Positions 10,801-19,300 of a stretch of 39,373 nt of DNA are shown piece after piece. A program made the position numbers and the translations under genes. The DNA comes from a virus (Duplodnaviria; Caudoviricetes). The stretch covers positions 1-39,373 of the IMG/VR virus record IMGVR_UViG_3300035526_000057. One strand, 5' to 3'. The notes beneath the pieces are model-generated. The model was given only the letters and a program-made list of their open reading frames with translations. It was not told the DNA's origin and ran no database searches. Every line of letters starts with the position of its first letter. Positions within the stretch are counted from its first letter, which is position 1.

Positions 10801-13335
10801 AGTAAAATAGCACAAGAGCTGCTATTGCTAGAAGAGTCTGCTGCCGGAAAAGATGTATCTAAATATGCAGCAGCATATGCATCTCAGTTTGGAGATATAG
10901 CAGAACTAAGTGGCAAAGAAGAGATACTTGAAATGCTAGGTGGAAACTTATCATATGACAGATCAAGCTTAAAGAATCCAGAATTCTTAATGAAATCATT
11001 CTTAAACAATGAACAAAATAAGAATGGCTTCTTTGTTAACATGGCTGATAGGAAAGTATATATCCCTAGTAGAGATATGTGGAATAGCTATATAACAGCA
11101 GATAAAACTCCAACATTTGATGGATTCTTTGCAGAGACACACGAGCTATTAACCGGTGCTGCAGAGGGTGTAAATATGTCACCAAAGTCATTCGAGCAAT
11201 GGCAAAGATCATTATTAGAAGAGGTGCACAGCACCAAAGAAGGGTTAATGCAAAAAGCAACAATGCGTGTAGACCATGCGTTGTATTCAAAACATGTTGC
11301 CGACTATGATTTTATACATAATGAGTCTATTAGAAATGTACTTAAAGACTACATGGAAAATGGACTTAATGGAGCTGAAGAAGTTAAGCATGCGGCCAAA
11401 GAGATGGAAAACATGCTTGGCAACATGGCTCAGATATCTAAAAAAGATTTTGAGTATTCGCTAACACAACTACTAAGTGACACGAAAAAAGAAGCCTCAG
11501 CATCTAAGAGAGAAATGGGAGAAGTCCTTACTGCTCAATTCGGAGAAGATCATTTCCTATCCAAATATTCATCTAAGATGCGTGCCAATATGGAGAAGGC
11601 AGATATAAACAAACTCGTTGGTGAAATTACTGGTGACCAGATAGAGGTTGGCAAAAAGATTAAAGCAGCATACTCAAGATTTATTGAATCAGGAGATGTT
11701 GGAGAATTGCATAACTTAAAAGAACTATCAGGAGATGTATTACATACGCTTAATGTCAGATACCCTGATATCTATACTGGATCTTATACTCAAACAATGA
11801 CACTTATTGGCGGGCCAAATGAGAGTAAAAGAATCTCTCTTGGATCTTTAGTTTCTACTATTATGAATTCTGACATGGACGGTGATGCTATTAATACTAA
11901 ATGGATTATGAGTAGAGCCGCAAGAGAAAGAACACAGACATTAATAAACAGAGATCAGAGAGAAGCATATAAGTACATGAAGATGGGTACTAAAAGTGCA
12001 ATGAATGACATCTTCTTTGGCAAGTCAGATCCTAAATGGAACATTAGAGCAGCCATTGAAAATGCAGATGATTTTGCAGCAGCAATACTGAGAGATACGC
12101 CAGGGTCAACAGCAGTATCATCTTACTTTACTAAAGGGCTAACTGGTTCGTTCAATATTCAGGCGATGGGAATTAAGGGGTATATAAAAGAGCTTGAAGA
12201 TATAAAGAATCTAAGAGAGCAAGACATAAATGTGCTTGAAGGATTCTTTGGTCAGGTAACTTCCAAAATAACAGAACAGGAAGTTATCTCATCTAAGCAA
12301 GCTGAGATCTGGATTAAAGATATAGCAGGCAAAGCGACAAGGCAAGGCAGGATAGAGTCCCTTATAAACATAATCGGAACAGACGATGGAATTAATGCAG
12401 TAAAAGAGTCTGTAAGAGAAATTGGAGGACTTCATCCTCTTGTTATGATGTCAGCTATGACAGAAAAATCACTAAATCCTGCAAGCCAAAAAGCTAGTGC
12501 AGCATATGATGCTGTTTCGGATATGTTAGATGTTCAGAATGGATGGAGAGAAATAGAGGCTGATAGATATAAAAGCATGTACAACTATTTTGATCTTAAT
12601 CAAACAAGCGGTGTGAGTGCAGATGATGCATATAAACAATATAGTGACTGGCTATCTGTAAATAGAAGCGGGTTAATGTCACAGCAAGAGGCCTATGAAA
12701 AAGCAGGGCTAGAAGGCAAAAGCTTATTAGATGTAATGTCAACAGCCTTGTCTGAAGATGGAAAAAGAAATGGATCAATGGTATCTGACAATATTGATTC
12801 AATACTAAGTAGAGCAACCAAGGCGCTTGGGCGTAATCCAGAAGCAAATCTAATGGATGAAGCTTTTGACACAGTAAGAAACCTCCAATACGCAAAAGCA
12901 TCTTACAAGATGTTGACACCTAGGCCATTTAACCCATCTATGCCTCAGGCAGGAAGAAGTGTAATAGGACTAGAAAGTCTACAAAAAGGAATTAGCTGGA
13001 TGCTTGAAAGTAAGACAAGGACGGCTGGTGTTATTGGGCTAGGGCTAACGGCACTAACTGCATTCAACGTGCTAACAAGTGACGGAAGCGTTGAGGACCC
13101 AAATGACCTTCCAAGTGTAAATAATCCTTCATTTGACATAGGTAGAACATCGATGCTATCATCAGAATCACTATCTCCAAATGTCAATGTAAATGCTAAT
13201 ATAAGCTTATTAACAGATAGCAACACATCAACAGATAGTATTTTAAATAAAATGGGATTCCGTACACATAACACAATTTCGGTAAGAAATGACGGAGAAG
13301 ATCCATATAAGCAAGATTTAATGTATTATAGATAA
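7894..13335 (+). CDS. Putative single-chain two-barrel (double-psi beta-barrel) RNA polymerase, probably virion-associated
   Basis: 1813 aa with RBS AGGAG. LNVRYPDIY (R1289) is followed 36 aa later by NSDMDGD (11866-11886), matching the beta-prime N-R-x-P...NADFDGD arrangement. KTEKYSDSVKWIGRV (K675, K681) resembles the beta GDK...KG lysine pair. Both termini are hydrophobic. Confidence 0.75.
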   Translation: MSTNNPYERENSFAKGVFKAGAVAGAGALSWNAYKHPIKTYSTFTKVSNKVFPVKNPILNSAQSRYAEAQEIIATAMGERDKRDMILSMDKKKHAAKVFGKSIDWGIVDPLYTNSMEKAASKYTFTDVDQILDINGNSIGKKIQDVLGQKFNTSATLDRFEGTTGIFKIDGKELKIDFAKRVGNSESWLSRRGEAFYSAPWRAHMTKRGDKLGYDMMDPNSAVLHALLDDLNDGGTLMWHNNNDSIRSMYEKFRGDVENPIPHSQVISKIKDEIRRNKTGIRLKGTDTISELQEALNSYNRFDTFVIENNDMLQSLYGSEAVVDKWSRYMVGHDKRFVGVGADRISARAVNVDTSKGSALRKAYNIFTDLRKDKSLVKVVNYNRSSAKSKSARDVEDLVGMFGGYTLGQERTAEFGFAFRTSTFPQYAEGFKSMKGYSFMDKHIYYDKEAELSYLGESMEHIKFGGITQHGGKIDEAAIKELRFNPFIDDKTMNKRFGWTKFVQEKEALVKNKGIYNMSLVINPFTTETIQVSSKYNKHMKTLGHKQFTVGTVNINPNSEAFEASKIDFKWLDHTDISGGDGKPIVRTKKVSIKDVMEDKTMSRQVLNGDAWLQVNKGTVLGAKKAGMEITPDLTLEEVLNKDSEVLTSKFNMLIESEDYRQMLVATKRMRKTEKYSDSVKWIGRVIDNPSKLALWGARTRSAYSSGDSKIMNDVLSQAGLYGAEGTISLDFYKKTLSQSVKGKGVVFGKDSVESLHFMQSALGWQALQDTNIVLGGDAAVDFARYINDGEKYIDASGNLSLTSLMKRGKLTFKQLTDDTKAFGQQYTDTVQVLGRARRSWVRGRKSSLTTKFSSDQAKEMADVLTGHIEKIEKFGKFVSGTEGSKESVALAKQMVKGNIDVKEAMKAAGVSAKEVTMGIFAGVMPQEQNWQALGEGFNEMRISFKSLPSFLNKPEVLRDLSVQSLNNTSKIAQELLLLEESAAGKDVSKYAAAYASQFGDIAELSGKEEILEMLGGNLSYDRSSLKNPEFLMKSFLNNEQNKNGFFVNMADRKVYIPSRDMWNSYITADKTPTFDGFFAETHELLTGAAEGVNMSPKSFEQWQRSLLEEVHSTKEGLMQKATMRVDHALYSKHVADYDFIHNESIRNVLKDYMENGLNGAEEVKHAAKEMENMLGNMAQISKKDFEYSLTQLLSDTKKEASASKREMGEVLTAQFGEDHFLSKYSSKMRANMEKADINKLVGEITGDQIEVGKKIKAAYSRFIESGDVGELHNLKELSGDVLHTLNVRYPDIYTGSYTQTMTLIGGPNESKRISLGSLVSTIMNSDMDGDAINTKWIMSRAARERTQTLINRDQREAYKYMKMGTKSAMNDIFFGKSDPKWNIRAAIENADDFAAAILRDTPGSTAVSSYFTKGLTGSFNIQAMGIKGYIKELEDIKNLREQDINVLEGFFGQVTSKITEQEVISSKQAEIWIKDIAGKATRQGRIESLINIIGTDDGINAVKESVREIGGLHPLVMMSAMTEKSLNPASQKASAAYDAVSDMLDVQNGWREIEADRYKSMYNYFDLNQTSGVSADDAYKQYSDWLSVNRSGLMSQQEAYEKAGLEGKSLLDVMSTALSEDGKRNGSMVSDNIDSILSRATKALGRNPEANLMDEAFDTVRNLQYAKASYKMLTPRPFNPSMPQAGRSVIGLESLQKGISWMLESKTRTAGVIGLGLTALTAFNVLTSDGSVEDPNDLPSVNNPSFDIGRTSMLSSESLSPNVNVNANISLLTDSNTSTDSILNKMGFRTHNTISVRNDGEDPYKQDLMYYR
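13207..13215 (+). promoter_or_regulatory. Intragenic copy of the TTATTAACA motif upstream of the hub gene
   Basis: TTATTAACAGATA at 13207-13219 is identical to 960-972 and lies about 130 nt upstream of the ATG at 13344. Confidence 0.35.
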
Positions 13336-13343
13336 GAGGAAAT

Positions 13344-16300
13344 ATGGCACTTTCTAACGAAACTGTACAGAAAATTTTAAGTGATAATAATTTATCTTCA
13401 CCAAATAGATCACAGACAGAAAATCACATAGGAGAAGTAATTACTTTCAGCCCCGGAACTCTAACAACTGATGACGGGGTTGAAATTACTTCTGTAAAAG
13501 TTCTTGACGGTGACACAGTAGTAGATGAGTCTACTGGGCAAAGTTATCGTATATATGGCGTAGATACAAACGAAACAGCTAAATGGAAAAGCGAAGCAGA
13601 AGATTATGCTAACTACCAAAAAGATGTTACTTTTGCAATACTTCAATACGCAGCCGCAACCGGTAAAGAAATTACAATGGTTAGGCAGCGTGATGACGGA
13701 TATGAAAGATGGGTAACTGATATTCAGATAGATGGGACAAGTCTATCTGGAATCTTGGCTGAAAACGGTATTGCACCTGTTAGTGGAGGAGCGGAGTCTA
13801 ATCCTACTCCTAACGGCTTTATATCAAAAAGAGATCTGCAAGATAAAGAAAACAGAGCACAGTCTAACTATAATGGCATCTGGTCACAAGAATATATTAG
13901 ACATCCACTTAAGTATAAAACAACAGATGGAACCTCTGTTACACGCGGAGAGACTGATCCTGCGCTTGGATCTAAAGTTAAAGCAATGAGAATTGCAAAT
14001 GAGACTGATCCCAAAACAAATAGCAATGCGTTAAGGGGACAAGAAAAGATATACAAAGAAGGTATAACAAAGATTGGCGATGTATATCTTGATATTCCTC
14101 CTACTCAAATTAATATCTCTCAGTTAAGAAACTCTTATTCTGTGCCACAGATAGGTGGAGAGTCACGTCCTATATTCAATAGCTCTGCTAGAACAGTAGT
14201 AAAGATAAGTAATGTATTTAGTGGATCATCTCAGATAAATAATGATCTTAAAAGAATATTGTGTCAATTTATATACAACCCAATTAACCTAGTATATTCT
14301 GAAGACATTTATAACAAAGTTATTGGAGATAATAAGTATATAAGAGAAGCTTATAATGCAGATGAAAAGCAATGGTGGGTACCTATGACTATGGACGAGA
14401 TCGTTCTATATACACTAGAGGGTCATCCAGATTGCGTATGTGCAAACATACAAATGTCTGTATTTAACTTTGCTGCATATTTTAATAGTGATCCAAATGT
14501 CAGAATTGAATATCACAAATGCATAGATTATGATTCATCAAAAGAAGTAGAAAATAATCCGCAGATAAATGAAAACACATATACGCTTCACCTAGAAGAA
14601 GCTATCCATCCATATAATATAAGAGTTGAGCAAAAACTAAATCAAGAGAATAGAAGATTTACTCCTGGGGATAGCACAACTACAATCTTTAAGATTGCTG
14701 GCACAGCATCTAGCCTTTCTGTATCTACAAAAGAAAAAGAGGGTGAAGAGCTAGAGCTAAAGAAGGCTAACAAAAAAGAAGGCCTTGATTATCTTGATGA
14801 TAGTATTATAAGAATTGTAAACTCAGAGGTTGAAGGCTTAACAACTGGCGTTCAAGTTCATATGAAGAACAACTGGGCATGGATGCCTGTAATTGGATAT
14901 AGCCAACCAGTTGCTCAATATATTGGACCTGGAGAAACAAGCGTATCTCTTAATATCAAAACAAACCAGAAAGAAATGATATCTAAGCTTCTTTCTACAT
15001 TTGGTGATGTTCAAAATGATAATGGCGTAGAAATATTCTATGACGATAGATATATCGTATCAAATTCTTTAACAAGGCTAGTTGGCTCAGAAATTTGTAG
15101 CATGAACAACTTCTCTGCGTCTAACGTAAATGGACATCCAGGCTGGAGCGATATAAATATAACATTTACAAAAAGCACATATGCAACATCAGAGACAGAG
15201 GACGAAGAGCCCAATCCGTTAGCAGCATTTGATGAGTACTGGGGATTGCAAAGAATACTTGCGCCTATTGGTAACAAAGTAATTGAAGAGGCAATTTACA
15301 GAGAAACAAATCGACTAAGAAAATATATGAAAGATATATCTAAGGAGAATAATGCCATTGGTGCATTATGCTCTGAGAGTGGATTTGATGATGTTGTTAG
15401 GTATTTAGATCCTAGATCAATTGTTGCATATAATAAGTGTTTACAGGTAATCAGAAATCATGCATCCACCTTCAGTGTTCCCTCAGATGAGTCAGTAAGC
15501 TTTAATGTTCTAATGACAAACACTATTGGTCTTAGTTACTTTAAAGGCATTACAGGGCAATATGAAAAGAAAAATATTAAGCTAAACGGGCTGGATATAT
15601 TTGATCGCATGTCTATTGCACGCATGCCTAAAGAGTTTGCAAATAATGCACAGTCATCAGAAGCAATAGCAGCTTATGCATATTATACTAGCAACTCTCT
15701 AAAAGTAGGAGAGGAAGAAAAGAACTTTGATGGCAGCCTTGAAGAAGAGACATTAGCTGGATACCTATTAAGAGACAGGCTTATAAGAGTATATTGCAAC
15801 AGTAAAAGCGTAAAAGGACTAAATGGAAATAGGACATCTTTTGTTAATTTGAATACTGAGCTATGGAATGAGATGAAAAAGATTCAGGAAGGCAGTAAAG
15901 ATAGTCCATATGTAAATCTAAAAATTTACTCTACAAGAGCAAAGACAGTTACATTTGATTTTCCTGGATCAAAATATGATAAGTATAAGACACTTATTAT
16001 AAACTCAATAAAAAATGCGATGGATGATGCGCAAGGGACTTTAGAGGTATATAACAAAAACTGGAGTAAGTTAGCCCTAGCAAAATCAAGAGGATACTCT
16101 ATAGATATAGGATTTATAGGCACAAGAGCAGAGGCAAAATTAATTCAACTTGCATTTAGCCTTGGGTCAACAGGAGAAGCATTTAAGTGGATAAGAGGTA
16201 GGGCTGTAAGTTTCTTAAAAGAAAACCAAGATGAATATCCTAATATCTTTGTCGCAAACTGTTACACAGATAGCGATAACGATAATGTAATGATTCTTGA

Positions 16301-19300
16301 CCCTAAGACAAAAGAAATTCATGTAACAGAAGAAAATTATGACGAGAGACTTAAATGGGTATTTAAGCTTACTCATGCGCCATCACAAGCACTAGAGATG
16401 TTTGATGAGGATGATGTAAAAGAAACTGTACAGGCAATAAAAACAGAAGATTCAGTTGCTGACCCAACAGCAAGATATATTCTTCCGTATGCTGCACATA
16501 GATACTATCCAAAAACCGATTACTTTATTAAACATCATCAGGTACTAAGCGCAAGCGTTGGTGACTGGTTTGTTAATGAATATATTGGTAACCCAGATAA
16601 GCTTTTTGATATGATAGAGAACTCAGTAGAGGATGCAATAAGCCCTCTTTTAAATAAAGAAGCATGGTTATATCCATCTGCTAATCAAGCAAAGCTTAAT
16701 AAAAATATAGTAAGAAAAATAAGCGAAGATGAAAACGATCCTTCAAAAGTAATAGAAGGTATTTGCTTGCCTTTCTTCTCGAAGGACTTTAGTGATATTG
16801 ATAAAAAGGGAGCCCTTAAGAGAGAAAAGGAAGGAGCTATCAATACAGCAATCAGTGTTATCTCTAAAGGAATATATTTTGATGATGACGGTGAAGCGAT
16901 AGAGGAGTTACCAAGCGATATCCCTCTGGATACATTTGCTACTGCATCAATGTGTAGTAAAGGATATTATGACAAGATAAAAGATGTAGGCGGATACATT
17001 AAGAGATATAGGAATAACCTATACAATATCTACTCGCAGAACATTAACACAAGTGGAAAGACAGCATTCTTATATGACTATGCAAATGCGCTGCAAGGAA
17101 AGCAGGTTGGCGGATATGTCAAATTAGCATCTAATGTAGCAAGCAATAGTATAATTGGAGACTTCGATGGATCTTTTGTAAATAGCAATATTGACGTACA
17201 AAGAAAACTTGGCGGATCATACCCTGCTAACTGCTTGATGTTTGCAATGCAAAAATCTCCATTGCTTTTTATGGAGCAGGTTGGAAGATATGCAGAGGAC
17301 GTATCAGTAATAGGGAACAGCTTAGGCTTCAATGAAGTAGAAGCAGACCTAAAGCTTAAGGCTAAAATACTAAGGGTACTTATTCAGGAGAACGCAAAGG
17401 GTATTATCAGAAACCCGTCAACGTCAGGAGAGTCTCTTAAGTATTATAAGAAAACAGAGAAGTGGGAACATATGAATGGTCTCACAACTGAAATGAAAGA
17501 TACTCTTAATAAGCTTCGTGAAGAGATAGGTCTTCCATTTAATATTAATTGTGGATATGCAACAAATGGGCATTCCCCAGAGTCATATCACTATAAGGGA
17601 ATGGCTGTAGACTTTTACATTAAAGAAACTGGCTTTGCAGATGCATATAAGCGCGTTGTTGGTGCTTTAAGTGCATTAGGAATTGCAAACAAAGTAGGGC
17701 TTGGTGTTTACCCGGACTGGAATCATCCTGGATTCCACCTTGATGTCCGTGGGCGTCATGCAAGATGGGGTAGAATTGGCAGCACATATACATCTCTAGA
17801 AAATGCATTAGCACATTATGATAGAAAGCAGAACACAGGGCAGTCGTCATATGAATTAGAGTCAAAAGCTTCTAGCATTGTAACTGACTTAAAAGCTAGG
17901 CTATCTCCATATAAATATGCTTACTATGTAAATGATCAAGATATTAGAGAATATATAAATAGAACAAATTATGTAATGCGGGACAGGGAAAGTCTTTCTT
18001 GGCTACAATCAAGAATAGCGAAGAGAACACAGGCATATTATCCGGCGCGTTTAAGAAATGTAGACAATCAAACCAAAGAGATGGCTGCTAGAAACTCACT
18101 AATCTCCATGCCAGTAACAGTTGGAGTAGAGAACGCATTCCCGACATATAAGATGTATATAATAGAAGAAGATACATCAGATATTAGATACTTCTCACTA
18201 GATGATTATTATGATGTAAGAACATTGCAAGATGTTATGGTTGTTAGATCAAAAGACAACCCGGTTCATACATTAAAAGCTCGCGTAATAATTGATCCTA
18301 AGTACATCTCTGTAAGTAGTAGCGTAAAACAAAAGGTTGGACCACGCAATGAAGATCTAGAAGGAGAAAATGCAGTACCCGCTACACCGGACGTAGATAC
18401 AGATAGAGAAAACTTTTTCAATAAAGGACTAGCTCCTTTTAGGACGGGAATGCGTATATGCTTAAAGCTTGGATATCATAGTGATCCCAGAATATTAAGC
18501 ACTGTATTTATTGGTGTAATCACTGGCCTGCAGGGAAATATGAATACTGGCGTATATGAGGTTGAAGCAAAAGGTGATGGCAGAGAACTAACAGTTCCTC
18601 CTTCTCCAGCGCTAAGACCTAATGTATCTGGTAAAAACTTTGCAGAGATTATATCCATACTAATGAGAACAAACCCTAGCGTTCTTCATTTTGGTAAAGT
18701 ATACGGATCATTCCTAGAGAAGTTCTCAAGAAGGCATTTCGCGTTACTAGCAATGGTTAAACAAGGCTTATTAGATAATGCAATGAAAACATCTTCGTTC
18801 TTAGGGATAGGTGCAGCAGTTGGGTTCTCAGCTGGATACTTACTCCCAGGAAGAGTTCTTTCTAGATCAGCAGTTATGAAGATTCTTGGAGCTGCCGGTG
18901 GAGGCTTAGTGGGAGTAACTACTAGCTTATATATGACATCTGGAGGCATGTACAATAGATCCTCTTTACCTTTTTCGGCAAGAAATAGATATGAAAAATA
19001 TGCAGAATTTGCTAGCAAGATAGATAAATTTGATGGAGCCAAACCATTCATTTTTACTAAGAGATTTATTTCAGCTAGATGGAACAATCTATGTAAATGG
19101 ATGATGGGAAATACATTTAATGTAGCAAAAGCATCTAAGCAAGTAGCTGAGATAATGTATCTAACTTACAAGCAAGGAAACGATCCAATAGATGATAATA
19201 TCTTTGCAGTTGATATATGGAATACTGCATCAATAGAAGATACATTTAATATGCCTATTAATAGCTCAAGATCTATCTGGGAAATTATGTCAGATATAAA

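Noticed and set aside
7894-13335. Cellular rpoC or rpoB
   Set aside because: Only minimal catalytic motifs are present. The extended conserved blocks of cellular subunits (such as the N-terminal Zn finger and the exact NADFDGDQM) and the usual ribosomal-protein gene context are missing.
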